Below, one piece after another: positions 34,570 to 48,635 of a stretch of DNA of 64,000 bases; the first letter of the stretch is position 1, and each line of letters starts with the position of its first letter. A program made the translations under genes and the position numbers. The stretch lies in NCBI RefSeq assembly GCF_009914755.1, contig NC_060925.1; one strand, written 5' to 3'. Source of the DNA: the human T2T-CHM13v2.0 reference genome, Homo sapiens. The notes beneath the pieces were generated by a model that saw nothing but the letters and a program-made list of their open reading frames with translations, searched no databases and was not told the DNA's origin.

Positions 34570-35379
34570 AAAACATTGTTTAAATATTTCTATCACAAAT
34601 TGACAGCAGTACAATGCACACCACCAGCAATGTATAATTCTAGATATGAGAGGTAAAAAGATAAAACAGGTATTGCATTTTCTCCAGAAAACTTATCATT
34701 TAGTGGAAACTGGCCAATAATTTCTTAGGCCTTAGGATAATTTTACCTTTGATTCTCTAGTTAATCCAAAATATATAAAAATATTAACCAAAAGTATATA
34801 TTTTTAAAATGCCTACATAATCTAATGCAGTATTTTTTGCTCTCTTCTTGAAGTGAATTAAATTCCTTATCACTGACCATAAAATTGAACTCCATTGATG
34901 ATTCTTATTTAAAATAGTTAAAAGTGAATGTAAAGATCAGTTGTGGTTTTCCTTTTCTTACCCTTGTTTTTACACTTATATTTGCCTGTGTCATTCACAC
35001 ACTTTTAGAATTCAAAACAATAACTAGAAATGTAATCATTTGCTTTTCAAAAGCTTTTCGCATCTTTCCAAAGTTAATATAAAGTCTTACAAAACTTTTA
35101 GCTAATTCACAAAAAAATCAAACATATATAGTTGAAGCAATTTTTTTTTTTTGGTAGATTTCTTCAAACCACAGAAATTTCAGTTATGGCATGGTAGGTC
35201 TTTTGAAATGTTTCATTTTTTGTATTTGAAGATGCAGAGCAAAAGTATTTCCACTCCAACTCCCCTTTAATAAAAATTGAATGTAACAAAAAAATCAAAA
35301 TCTATAGGAAAATAACCCCTTCATCTATGTTAAAACTATGAGATTTCCAGCCCAAATAAGTTATAAGAACCAGTATAGA

Positions 35380-35664
35380 GTCCAGGCTCGGTGGCTCACG
35401 TCTGTAATCCCGGCACTTTCGGAGGCTGAGGCCGGAGGATCATGAGTTCAGGAGATCCAGACCATCCTGGCTAACATGGTGAAACCCTGTCTCTACTAAA
35501 AATACAAAACAAATTAGCCAGGCATGGTGGTGGGTGCCTGTAGTCCCAGCTACTCAGGAGGCTGAGGCAGGAGAATGGCCCATACCTGGGAGGCGGAGTT
35601 TGCAGTGAGTGGAGATTGCACCACTGCACTCCAGCCTGGGAGATAGAGTGACACTCCATCTCAC

Positions 35665-35691
<27 letters not shown>
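35380..35691 (+). mobile_element. AluY/AluSc-like element
   Basis: Full dimer with long poly(A); TSD aagraccagtataga (35365-35379 and 35692-35706). Confidence 0.93.
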
Positions 35692-35695
<4 letters not shown>

Positions 35696-36479
35696 ACCAG
35701 TATAGAAATACTAATACAGTAAAAGGTGGACTTATATATAAAGAAAATAACCAACAGATTTTGTCTATGGCACAAACTTCTTAGAAATTTTGAGGTCTTT
35801 AGCCTTAAAGACCTAATCAAATATTTATTACTTTGAACAGTGAGCTACTGGGATATGCTGGGCTTTGAGCCTATGTACAAATCTAATTTTAGAAGTCAGG
35901 ACGTGTTGTAAGCAATAGCAAAGAATATGCTAGATGATCAGCTTGGCAATTGTTGAACAAACTTCATTCAGCAGTGTGAGGACGTAATTAAAGCAGTTGA
36001 CCTTCAATCTATTCACTCTCTTTATTGGCAAATGGCCGAGGAATAAGACTAGAAGGAAGATGAACTGGTTTAGTCTCTTTGTCAGCTGAACTTGTGGTGA
36101 AAGAGACTACTGATATTTTCTAGGATGAAGAGATCTTATCTCTGAAATACCCTTTGCAGGTTGCTCCTGACTGAAACAAATTCACAGATTCTTTCTTCTC
36201 GCTCAATTTTGCTGTTGATTCTTCATTTTACATTCTTTATTTCATTTATTTTATGCTTTAGCTCTAGAATTTTAGTTTGGGTTCTATTTTTTCAATCTGT
36301 CTGTGGAACTTCTCAATTGGTTTGTGTTTTGTTTTTTTTCAAGTTTTGGTTGAATTGCCTATTTATTCTCTTGTAACTAATTACTCTCCTTTAAAACAAT
36401 TATTTGACATGAAAAACCTTGCAAAAATACAAAAATCTATAAACTTCTTGACAAAGAATTCAAAATAATTATTTTAAAG

Positions 36480-38711
36480 AATTTCTGAATTTGCAGCAAA
36501 AGTTTGCTATAGAGCAACATGAAAGCACAGAAAAGTATGAAACTCATTGATTAAGGTAAATATATAAAAAATACAGAACACTCTAATAGTGTAGTAGTGG
36601 TGTGTAAATCAGTTTTATTGCTAGTATGAAGCTTAAAATCCAAAATAATAATAATTATAGCTACAATAATTTGTTAATAGATATAGAATATTAAAAATAT
36701 ATAATGTGACACCAAATATATAAAATATAGTGGGCTGAGTAAAAGTATAGAGTTTTGAATATGATCAAACCTCAGTTTAAAATAGTTTGCTCCAACTACA
36801 AGATAGTATGTATAAGCTTCATGCTATTCGGAAAGCAAAAACCTATAGTAGATACCCAAAAGACAAAGAGAAATCAAAGCATGTCACTACAGAAAATCAT
36901 AAAATCTCAAAGAACGACAGCAAGGGAGAAATAAAGGAACAAAAATATGTTAAAAGGCTGAAAAGCAATGAACAAAATGTCAATTGTATGTTCTTATCTA
37001 TCAATAATTACCTTGAAGATAAATTCATTCTATTCTACATTCAAAAGCCAGAGTGGCTGAATGGATTACAAAAGGAGACCCAACAATATACTGCCTACAA
37101 GAGACTCACTTCAGCTTCAAGGACACATATGGTGTGAATTTAGGGGATGAGAAAATTTGATATTCCATGCAAATTAAAACAAAAAAACAACATGGATAAC
37201 TATCCTTATATCAGGCAAAATATACCTTAAGATAAAACTCTAACAGGTGATAAAGATGGTCACTATATAATGATAAAGGGATGAGTTGATTAAAGGGATG
37301 AAACAATTATAAATAAATATGCACTTAACATTAGAGCACTTGAAAATGTAAAGCAAACATTAATATCTGGAGGGAGAGATACAGAGCAATCAATAATACT
37401 ACAGATATAGGTAACCTTATTGACACTGTTGAAATTATCAATACTCCAATTACAACAATGGATAGATCATTTAGACAGACAATCTGTAAGGAAAAAAAAA
37501 TTAGACTTGATCTGCACTTTAGACCAAACGGACCTAACAGATGTATGTTCACATTTCATCCACAGCCGGAGAACAGGTGTTCTTTTCAAGCTAACAAGAA
37601 ACATCCTCTAAAATAGAGCATACTTGAAGTCACAAAATGTCTTAATACATTTAAGAAGATTGAAATTTTATCAAGTATCTCTTTTGACCACAATGGTATA
37701 CAACTAGAAATCAATTAACAGGAGGAAAACTGGAAAATTCAAAAAGAAGTGAACATAACACAATTCTTAAAAACTGGTGGTTTAAAAAGGAAATAAAAAG
37801 GAAAATAAAGAAATCTTGATACAAAAATGAAAACACAATACACCAAAGCTTGTGGGATGCAGTAAGACAGTGCTAAGATGAAAATTTGAAATGACAAACA
37901 CCTACATTAAAAAAAACACAAATATTTCAAATAAACAATCTATCATTAAACCTCAAGGAACTAGAAAAAAAGAAGAGCAAACTAAGCCCAAAGTTAATAG
38001 AAGAAAGAAAATAAGAAAGATCAAAGCAAAATAGAGAAATAGAGAGTAGAAAAGTAATAGAAATTGAAAGACATTCTGTGTTCATCAATGTGAGAAATTA
38101 ATATTGTCAAAATGCTATTACACAAAGCAATCTACAGATTCAATGTAATCCCTATCAAAAGTCCAATGGCATTTTTCCAGAAACAGAAATAAATCCTAAA
38201 ATTTGTATGAAATTACAAAAGACTATAATTACCCAAACTGATCTTGAGCAAGACGAACAAAGTAGGAGGTACCACACTTCTCACTTTCAAGTTATATTAC
38301 TAAACTACAGTAATATATATATATATATATGATACTGGTATGAAAACAGTCACATAGAAGAATGGAGCAGAATAGAAAGCCTACACCAATATCGTCAAAG
38401 AATCTTCAATAACATGCCCAAAACACCTAATGGAGACAGGATAGTCTCTTCAATAAATAGCGTTGGAATTATTGGAGGCCCACATGCAAAAGAATGAAAT
38501 TGGAGTGTTATGCTATGCACAGGAATAAATTGAAAATTGAAAAGGAATTTAAACATAACATCTGAAACCAAAGAATCCCTAGAAGAAAACAGGGGAAATC
38601 CTCCATAACATTGACCTTGGCATGATATTTTGGCTATGAATCCCAATGTATAGACAAGATAAACAAAAATAAACACATACAACTACATCAAACTAAAAGA
38701 TTGTGGCACAG

Positions 38712-38742
<31 letters not shown>

Positions 38743-41060
38743 AAAGTCACCCATGGAATGGTAGAATGTACTTGAAAACAATATATCTGATAATGCATTA
38801 ATATCTAAAACATATAAGAAACTCATAATCAGAAAAAAAGTAACCTGATTAAAACATGAGCAAGAGACCTGAATAGACATTTTTTCAAAGGAAGATTTAC
38901 ACACGGCCAACACATGAATGAAGAGGTGCACAAAATCACTAAACATGAGGGAAATATAAACTGGAATCAAAATGAGATGTCACATTACATCTTTCAAAAT
39001 AGCTAATATCAAAAAGGCAAAAGATAAATAGTGTTGACAAGAATGTGTCGAAAAGAGAACCCTTATAGAGTTTTGGTGGGAATGTAAATTGGTACAACCA
39101 TTATGGAATACAGCATGGACACTCCTCAAATAATTAAAGATGTACCGTATGTTACAGAAATTATACTTTTAGGCATAAAAGTATATACCTGTGGGTGTGT
39201 TGGCTCACACCTGTAATCCCAGCACTTTGAGAGGTGAGGGAGGCAGATTACCTGAGGTCAGGAGTTCACGACCAGAGTCGCCAACATGGCAAAACCGCAT
39301 CTCTACTAAAAAACACAGAAATTAGCCCAGCGTGGTGGTTGGCACCTGTAATCCCAGCTACTTGGGAGGCTGTGGCAGGGAGAATTGCTTGAACTTGGGA
39401 GACAGAGGTTGCCATGAGTCAAGATTGCATCACTGCACTCCAGCATGGGCATCAGAGTGAGACTCCATCTCAAAAAAAGGGTATATACCTTTTATATACT
39501 TTTCCTTTTATATACGATAGAAATAAAATCACTATCTTGAAGAGATATCTGCATTCCTGTGTTCATTGCAGCTTTATTCACAAAAACCAAAATATGGAAA
39601 CAATCTAAGTGTTGACAGATGAGTAGGTATGTAAATTATGATATCTATCATCTATCTGTCTATTTATCTATCTATCTATCTACAACGGAATATTATTCCG
39701 TATTTAAAAGAATGAAATTCTGCCATTTCCAACAAAATGAACGAGCCTAGAGGATATTATGCCAAGTGAAATAAGCCAGGCAGAGAATGAAAAATACTAC
39801 AGGTACAACAATGAAAACTTGCCATTATAAGATGAATAAGTTATGGAGGTCTAATGCACAACAGGGTAAAAATAGTTAGTAATAATGTATGCTTTAAGTT
39901 CACTGAGTGTAGATCTTAACTATTACCCTTTCCCAACACATGATAACTATGTGAAGACATGAATATGTTAATTAGCTTGATTGTGAAAGTCCTTTTAAAA
40001 TATACTTGATGGGCGCAGGGTGAGAGGAGAGTGAGGGTCAAAACACTACCTGCTGGGGACTATGCTCACTAGCTGGGTGATGAAATCATTTGTACACCAA
40101 ACCCCAGCAACATGCAATTACCCACGTAACAAACCTGCCCATGTACCTCCTGAACCTAAAATAGAAGTTGAGAAAAGAAAAAAAAAGATATCAATTTCCT
40201 ATAAGGAGCTCCAGGTTTGTTCCAAACAGTAGCGAGACAAACAGATCAAGGATGAAATATATAAAATAGTAGGCAAAACGTAAACAACATGTGTAAGGCA
40301 ATCGATTCTATATAACTCAGCAACTCCTAGGGTTCTTATCAAATAAAATCACTGATGTGTCATAACTTCTAAACTAAAAACAACACAAATGCCCATTCAC
40401 AGTAGAATGAATAAATAAATTACTTTTGCTTCCCGCGATGAATACCACACAGCAATTAAACAATGAACTGCTGCTACACAAAACATAGATGATTCTCACA
40501 AATTTCAACTGAGTGAAACAAGTCAGACTCAAAAGATTACATACAGCAAGTTTCCATTTATATGAAATTGAGGAGTAGGGAAATCCATCGTGATAGATTT
40601 CATGATAATGATGACCATTGGTGAGTAACTGGTTGAGAAAGTGCGAGAGCCAGGGGTGTGGGAGCTGGAAATCGTCCATATCTTGCTTGATTTGGGTGGT
40701 GGTGATAGGGATATATACACTTATAAAAATTATAATGCTATATGCTTAAGATTTATGTATTTTACTATTTGTAAGATATATATTAGTTGAAAAAATGCTT
40801 CAGTGTAAAGGAAACCAGTAAAAATACGCTACCTACAATTGTAGCTTTTGTTTATCAAAAAAGCATTTGAGTAGTCTATTGATTGGTAATTAGCAAGTTT
40901 ATGTTAAGCAGCCTTGTCCTGAATACTTTTTAGTATGTACCATTAAGCATTTGCCTTTCTCAACTAGGGCTAATTAAAAAAAACTCAAAACCTCACATTG
41001 TACACGTTGAATATATATAATTTTAATTTGTGAATTATACCACCATAAAACTAAAAATCT
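36480..41060 (+). mobile_element. Old fragmented L1M region with nested younger L1 3' end (about 40008-40190) and other L1 pieces
   Basis: A-rich strand with decayed ORF2 motifs (caatatactgcctacaagagactcac; aaagcaatctacagattcaatgtaatccctatcaaaa) and several L1 3' UTR ends. Confidence 0.8.
39191..39478 (+). mobile_element. AluS inserted in L1
   Basis: Alu dimer flanked by gtatatacct on both sides. Confidence 0.9.
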
Positions 41061-41744
41061 AATTAAGTTGAGTTTGAATACATTTTAGGGAAAATACGAT
41101 AAAGAAAATTAGGAGCTTAAGAATATGCATAGATAAAAAATAAACTTGATAGAAATATTATTTATATATTATATATTATGTATATTTATATATATTTATA
41201 TATAATATATAAATAATAATATATATATAAATAATACTATATGTATTTCAGAAAATCATATAAAAAGCTGTGCTAAAATTTTCCAGAGAGAGAGTAAATA
41301 GTTCTCCTGTAGTGGATTAAAATGAGATTAGCATTGGAGTACTAGCGTAATACAACAGATAGAGTCTGAAGTCAGATCTCAAAAATACAATATATTTGCT
41401 AAGTAATGCGAGACAAGCTATTTAAAGTTTTTGGACCTAAATATCCAGTCTGTAAGTTTGTTGGAAAAAATAAATACGCTAATAGAGAACTTAACTTACA
41501 GGGAGTGCTAAATTATTACCTGTTACTGGAAAACATAATATCAGTGACATTAAAAGCTTGAGTGTTGTAGAACAATATTTTGAAATATCATTTTTTGAAG
41601 TTATATACATATTTATATTACTTTAATAATTTGCACAACATAGGAAGGAAAGCTTGCTTTGCACAGGCAACATTTTTGCCAAATAATCTTTAAATCATCA
41701 TGAATTCTCAATTAGATTAACAATAATAAAATTTTATTGTAGAA

Positions 41745-42400
41745 GACTATTTTTTCATTAATATAGTTGTACATGCACATAGGGTAAATGTAATATTTTG
41801 TTACTTGCCTAAGCTTTATAATGATCAAATCAAAGTAACCAGGGTGTCCATAATCTCAAGTATTATTTCCATATGTTAAGAACATTTCAAGTCCTTTAGC
41901 TATTTTGGAATATACAATACATTGCTGTTTATATGTAGTCACCTTACTCTGCTATGAAATATTAGAACATATGTCTTCCAAGTAATTGTATGTTTGGACC
42001 TATTAACAAACTTTTCTTTATTCCTCCCACCCAGAGAAACTTTCCAGCCTCTGGTATCTATCTATAATTCTATTCTCTACCTCCATGAGATCAATATTTT
42101 TAGTTTTCATGTAAGAATAAGGATATGTGATACTTGTTTTTCTGTGCCTGGCTTATTTCACCCAACACAATGACTTCCAGTTCCATCCATCTTGCTGTAA
42201 ATGATAAAATCTCATTCTTTTTTATGGACAAAAAGTATTCTACTGTGTATATATATACCATGTTGTTTTTATTCATTCATCCATTGATGGACAGAGGTTG
42301 ATTTCATATCTTTGCTATTGTGAATATTGCAATAAATATGAGAGTGTGGTTATCTCTTTGATATACTCATTTATTTACCTTTGGACAAATAGCTAGTAAT
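41745..42400 (-). mobile_element. L1MA 3' end
   Basis: Reverse L1 3' UTR motifs (ttctgtgcctggcttatttcac; ttcatccattgatggaca). Confidence 0.75.
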
Positions 42401-42409
42401 AAATAGCTT

Positions 42410-42548
42410 GCACCTCTGGTCTCAGCTACTTGGGAGACTAAAGCAAGGGGATCACTTGAGCCCCCGAGGTTGAGGTTGCAGTGAGCCATGATCACTCCAC
42501 TGCATTCTAGCTTGGTTGACAGAGTAAGAACCTCTCCCTCCTAAAAAA
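42410..42548 (+). mobile_element. Alu right monomer (FRAM/AluJ fragment)
   Basis: ctcagctacttgggag...gttgcagtgagccatgatc...gacagagtaaga. Confidence 0.75.
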
Positions 42549-43989
42549 GTCCTTAAGAAATGTGTTGATGCCTGGTTCCCTTGGTCAGAATTTTCATTTG
42601 ATGTGTTGAGAGTGTAGCACAGATGTTGGAATGAACCTCTCAAGCTGATTTTAATGTGCAACCAAGTTTGAGAACCACCAAGGAAGAGTTTTTATGAATT
42701 AAGATTCCTATACTCTATCCTAGAACTAATACAACTGAATCTCTGGGAATGGAGTATCAGAATCAGATTTGAAAAGGTTTCCTTAGTAATTCTAAGGACT
42801 GAGCAGTTTGGATACTCGTTTGTTAGAGTAAAATGGTTAGGTACCTAGTATCAACATAGGCACCCAACCTGATATTAATAACTAGGAAAATAAAGGGTTG
42901 GCGCCTCTGTGTTTCTTTGTTGAAAAATCTGATACTATTCTTAGTTCTATGAAAACAATTGAAAATTTGGTTATTATCACCTTAAAAGTACAAAACCTAT
43001 AGATATTGAAAATGTAATTATTTTTCTATAGGCATAGTTGAAATGATTTTGTAAATGTTATAAATCAGTTTCTTTATAAGCAGTTCATTTACATAAATTT
43101 TGTTAAACTGACATGATTCACTAATTTTCTAAATATAAATGGTTCAGCTCTCAGTTATTTTTAAACTAATGACCTGTGTTATACTTACTATTTTTAATGG
43201 GCTTTTATGATGTTTTTAGGTTTCTTTGGATTCCCATGTCCTTCAAGTGCTTTGCAACTTTGAGAAGAAGAAATTGACCACCTGGACTATGGAACTGTGC
43301 ATAACAGCTTTGAAAGTGTATTTAAAAATTAAATCCATACGCCTTTAAATCAGTAAATTGGAAATATATTACATGTATTGTAATGACTTTCCTCAGATAT
43401 AATAAATTGTTTTCTTTCCAATGGAATAGTGTTTGCATTTTTTGTTTACCTGGTTTAAGATGTGCAGCAGAACATAACTAGATGATTACATAATTTCTTT
43501 TTAAGGCAATTTTATAATATATTTTATTTATGATTATAAAAACTGCCTTTAAAAATTCTTACATGGATATCAATGCAGTTTCACTTTTTTTATTGTAATC
43601 TTTTTTATAATTATTTTATACTTGTCTGGCATTGAGTTTTATTGGGCTTTTGGTTTTTTGGAAGTAGGGTATTTATCCCAATTTAGAAAATTTGTATCCT
43701 TGCCATAATACAGTCTTCCATTTTTGTACCCCCAAATCTTTCATCTGTCAGAACATCACTCAAAGGTGAAAATATTTCCCACATAAAATTATTCTGTTCC
43801 TTTAATGAAATGAGTTTCAGCTGTATATAAGTAGGAAAACTTCCTTTTGTTCTATTTGATTCCTTTTTACGGATACTTTCTTGAGGCTGTGATTACACCT
43901 TTACCTTAGAGGCACTGCCCAAAAAGACTCAGCTCTTCTGTAAAAATGCTGTTATGAATCATAGCTTCTTAACTTTTACAACATAGTGA

Positions 43990-45350
43990 GGTAGGGAAAG
44001 TAAGAACACTAGAGATAGGAATTAGAAGCATGGAGAAGTGAACCCTGGAGCTTCCCAATGGTGAGATACCAAATAGTTCAAGAACTAGTAAAGAAGACTA
44101 CGGAGGAATAGCTAGAAGCTAAATGAAGAAAGTATCTCAAACAGGAAGGAGTGATCTGTTAATGTGTTAGGAAAGTTGAGTTCTTAGGATTAAGCATTGG
44201 GTAGAGCAAGATTTGGGACCTTGACTTTGACGAACTTGGTGGATGTCAGGAGTAAGAGGAGGTATTCAAGAGAATGTTGGAGAGGAATTTAATATAGTGA
44301 GTATTGAGGACAACACTTAAGGAGTCTTGCTTTCAAGGGGATGTGAGAAATGGGTTGTTAATGGAGGGTAATGTAGTATCAAAAAGCTGTTTATTTTGAG
44401 ATCGATGATATAGTAGGTTTGTATGCTAATGGGACTGATTCAGTAGACAGAAAAAGCATAATGCAGGAAACAGAGGGATATTGCTGAAGCCATAGACCTG
44501 GGACACAAATAGAAGGGTTAGTTTTAAAGATAGGCCCACAAACAGCTCATTAGTAACAGCAGGATGAAGGGCAGATTATGGAGTTCCAGATGTTTGTAGT
44601 CCAGTAGATAGGAGGAGCATGTCAAATTTTTGTGATATTTTCTCAGTGAAACAGGAAGCAAGCTCATAAAGAGGGAGGAAGTCACGAAGGAGTAAGGAAG
44701 GAAAAGGAGATGTAAAATGAATAGATAGGAGTGTAGGAAAGTAAGCATACTCTTAGGAAATCTGTGGTTTATTTAAGTGGTATCAGTCAATGTGGTTCTG
44801 TGTTTTTCTCCAGTTGAGTTCAGCATAGGTGCTATCACTGAAAAAGTACAGAATTCAGTTTAACTAAAGGTGAGATTTCTCTAGGTGAATAAAACAGTCA
44901 GTGATGAGATGTTGATACATTTAAGAGAATGATTATAAAAGAGGGATGTGGAAAGTAGTCTGGGTTAAGTAGTGAAGTGAGAAAATAAAGAAGGTTGAGA
45001 CAGTGGAAAATGGAATGATCAATTGTAGATTGCAGTGTGGTTGAAGATGCAATGGACTTCTTGAGGTGGGAACTAGAAATTTGGGGGATATAAATAAGAG
45101 AGGGGTGACTGAAATTGAAAATATGAGAGTATAATAGTATACAATATTACTAAGTATGGTATACTAAGTATAGTAGAATAGTACTAAGTATAGTAGAATA
45201 GTACTAAGTATATAGTACTTAGTGAGTATAAGTTTTAGGATGTGAAGAGGGGAGTAGCGTAGAGGCAAGGTGATGGAAGCAGATGAGTTCAAGAAAATGA
45301 GAACCTAGGAGATTGAAACCATTATCTAAATGAATTCTGAAATCTCAAGA
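43990..45350 (-). mobile_element. Degenerate LINE-2-like region
   Basis: Purine-rich sequence resembling antisense L2; assignment from composition and weak motifs only. Confidence 0.35.
45148..45223. repeat. TACTAAGTA-based minisatellite with terminal inverted copy
   Basis: Motif at 45148, 45162, 45182 and 45202; inverted TACTTAGT at 45216-45223. Confidence 0.85.
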
Positions 45351-45695
45351 AGAACTGTGCTGAGTGCTTGTAGTCATTATTTTGTCTTTACTACTCTGTG
45401 AGAAGACAGCACTTCCTTTTGTGAGTAATGGAAAGTTCTTTAATATGTCAACTGTAAGATACTTTATTACATTTAATTATCTTTAGTAATGCATAGTAAT
45501 AACTAATGACCTCAGTAGGATTATTCAGTAGATATGTGAGCTAACCCCCTGTGTCAGACACCTAAGAGGAACAACTGATGTTTTTCAAGACGAATAGAGG
45601 GTTCTCATCCCAGGGTTTTAAGCTGCAAAATATCCCACCCTATATTTTCTGAAAACAAACGTTATATAGAGTGTCCACATAAAAGCTAACAGGAA

Positions 45696-45700
<5 letters not shown>

Positions 45701-45737
<37 letters not shown>
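45701..45737. repeat. (AC)n microsatellite
   Basis: Perfect run of about 18 units. Confidence 0.95.
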
Positions 45738-45738
<1 letters not shown>

Positions 45739-45906
45739 CATTGAAAATGCATCAGGAAAGATATACCCTGTACCCAACATGCACAAGGTCTAAGCAATGA
45801 AGAAAATCTAGGAAATCAAATAAGACCAGAACATCTATGACTAATATATAAATACTTGAGGCAGTTATATCCATTTAAAAGGTGTCAATTAGACATGAAA
45901 GAAAAA

Positions 45907-46185
45907 GGCCAGGTGCAGTGGCTCATGCTTGTAATCCCAGCACTTTGGGAGGCCAACGCAGGCGGATCAACGTGAGGTCAGGGGTTTGAGACCAGCTTGG
46001 CCAACAAGGTGAGACCCCGTCTCTACTAAAAATACAAAAAAAATTGCTGGTTATGGTTGCACGTGCCTGTGGTCCCATCTACTTAGGAGGCTGAGGTAGG
46101 AGAATCATCTGAACCCAGAGGTAGAGATTGCAGTGAGCTGAGATTGCGCCATTGCACTCCAGCTTGGGTGATGGAGTAAGATTAA
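45907..46185 (+). mobile_element. AluS element
   Basis: Alu dimer; the 3' end runs into (TA)n. Confidence 0.9.
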
Positions 46186-47185
46186 AATATATATATATAC
46201 ATTTTTACATAAGAAATTTTATTTTAATTTTTTTGTAAATTAGAAAATAGCAATTAATATGGTATTTATATACCAGAATCTTTGAATATCTAAAATTTAA
46301 GAAGATGTGAGCAATTTCATGAAACTTTTCAAAGCTTAGAAAAAGGTAGCTATGTAAAATAACAATGTATGTTGTTTATGGGAACATTAGATGAAGTAAG
46401 TCATGAAAACATGCATAGAAATGATCATATAAACTTGCAAGAAATTGAATGTCTTGCTATCAAAGGAAAGGATGGAGGTGTAAGAGACTGAGGTAGAATG
46501 TGAGAAGCTCTGTATATATTGTATTTTCCTTAAAAATATATATTTAAACTCGCATTTCTTGTTTTTCAAATGTTCACTCTAATGAAAATTCTTTTATTTT
46601 TCCTGTTACAGTTTTTATTTCTGATCTCATATATGCAGTGTACTGTTGTTCAGAAATATCATTGATCCTCCCTGCAAATGAAATACTCTCATCCTGTTGA
46701 ATTTGAGAATGTACACATGATTTGCTTTGGCTTTGAAATGTGAGCAGAAAGAATGTTTTACTTTGGGGAGTTCCCAATTGCTAAACCATGTGTCAAAATG
46801 AAGTTTTTGTGACATTACAAATGGACTAATAAGAGTGCCTTTGTTGATCCTAGTTGAACATGAGAAACTTGGTTATTGTAAGCCACTGAAAAATTTTAGT
46901 TTCTTTTATTACTGCAGAATAGCCTATTCTGTCCTGATTGATACAGCCACAACATTTCCTTAAGCTCTTTGATTTTCATATTGCCATTAGGATGTAGAAT
47001 GCCAAGAGAAGGATAAATCATAGGATCAGAGAATGTTAGCAGTGAACGAGACTATTGGAATACATTTTTTCAATGGTTTCCAGACTTTGGGTTCTAAGTA
47101 ATCAGTAATATTTCGAAAAAGTAGTAAAAGATATTTCAATATAAAAAATAATGACATTTAACTTTGAAAAAAAAAACCTATCATT

Positions 47186-47343
47186 GCTAGGCATAATGGG
47201 TCTAGCTTGTAATCCCAACAACTTGGGAGGCTGAGGAGGGAGGATCACTTAAAGTCCAGGAGTTTGAGGCTGCAGTGAACCATGATTGCATCTCCACACT
47301 CCAGCCTGGGTGACATAGGGCCACCTCAACAACAACCACCACC
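47186..47343 (+). mobile_element. FAM-like Alu monomer
   Basis: Single 7SL-derived monomer with a CAA/CAC tail, flanked by ctatcatt on both sides. Confidence 0.7.
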
Positions 47344-47449
47344 AAAGCTATCATTAATACATTGTTCCTCTGTCTCTCTTCCCATCCTCCTTACCACTTA
47401 GTCTTAAATCTAATCTTATTAAACAATATCTAAGGAAAAGATAAGAAAA

Positions 47450-47699
47450 ATGATGGTTGCATCTATACTGAACATGTGTTGACTTTTTTCTTGTCACTAT
47501 TTTCTAAACAACACAGTATCACAACTTTTGACATAGCATTTATGTTGCATTAGTTATTATAAGTAATCTGAGATGATGTAAAGGTTATATGCAAATATTA
47601 TATTTTATATAAAGGACTTGAGTAATTATTACTTTAAGTATCCATGGTGGTTCCTGGAACAAATTCCTCATGGATATGGAGGGAGGAGGAATCACTGTA
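47450..47699. mobile_element. MER2-like (TcMar-Tigger) DNA transposon fragment
   Basis: catagcatttatgttgcattagttattataagtaatctgagatgat...ggttatatgcaaata resembles MER2 from recall. Confidence 0.65.
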
Positions 47700-47748
47700 A
47701 TTAAACAAATCATCACTTTAAAACTTAAAACCTTTTGCATGTTGAATA

Positions 47749-48031
47749 CAGTCATGCACCACATAAATGATGGTGGTCCCATTAAGTTTATTATGCCATA
47801 TTTTTATCGGAAGTTTCCTATGTTTAAGTGTATTTAGATACACAAGTACACTGTGTTACAGTTGCCTATAGTATTCAGTAAAATAACATGCTTTACAGGT
47901 TTGTAGTCTAGGAGAAATAGGCTAAGCCATCTAGGTTAATGAAGTCCATTCTATGACATTTGCACAGTGGCTTAATTACCTAAGGGCTTTCTCTTCAGAA
48001 CCTACTCTTGTCATTAAGCAATGCATGACTG
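47749..48031. mobile_element. Tigger3a/MER7-like MITE
   Basis: Terminal inverted repeats cagtcatgca / tgcatgactg with a TA duplication on both sides. Confidence 0.8.
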
Positions 48032-48337
48032 TAGTTGGACAAAAAATAATAATGCAGGCATACCTTTGGCACTGTCCTAATTCTTACCAGCATCCATGAT
48101 TGCTTAAATTTGCACTGGAAAGACTTCAAAAAACAGTGATATATTAGGACAATATATTTCCAGTACATGACAAATGATAACAACATAAGAACTCGAAACA
48201 CTCAATAAAAAACAAAAAATAAAGCAAAACTAGATGGGAAAAGGAAGAAGCAAATTTCAAGAGAAAACTCAAAAGGCCAAAAAATGTGAAATGATGTTCA
48301 GCCTTGCTAGTAATTGGGAAAAACACAAATCATTTTT

Positions 48338-48635
48338 TTTTTTTTTTTTTTTGAGATGGAGTCTCCCTCTGTCACCCACGCTGGAGTGCATTGGCGTGAT
48401 CTGGGCTCACTGCCAGCTCCACCTACCACCTTCAGGCCGCCATTCCCCTGCCTCAGGCTCCAGAGTAGCTGGGACTACAGGGGCCCACCACCATGCCTGG
48501 CTAGTTTTTTGTGTTTTTAGTAGAGACAGGGTTTCACCATGTTAGCCAGGATGGTCTCCGTCTCCTGACCTCGTGATCTGCCCGCCTCAGCTTCCGAAAG
48601 TGCTGGGATTACAGGAGTGAGACACGTGCCCGACC
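48338..48635 (-). mobile_element. AluY-like element
   Basis: Poly(T) plus full dimer; TSD caaatcattttt (48326-48337 and 48636-48647) at a TTTT/AA site. Confidence 0.93.

Noticed and set aside
41150-41245. AT-rich quasi-palindromic tract
   Set aside because: Short low-complexity (TA)n-derived sequence; self-complementarity is expected from composition.
45148-45223. Short repeat array as CRISPR-like or a regulatory array
   Set aside because: Eukaryotic context, no unique spacers and no associated genes; it is a simple minisatellite.
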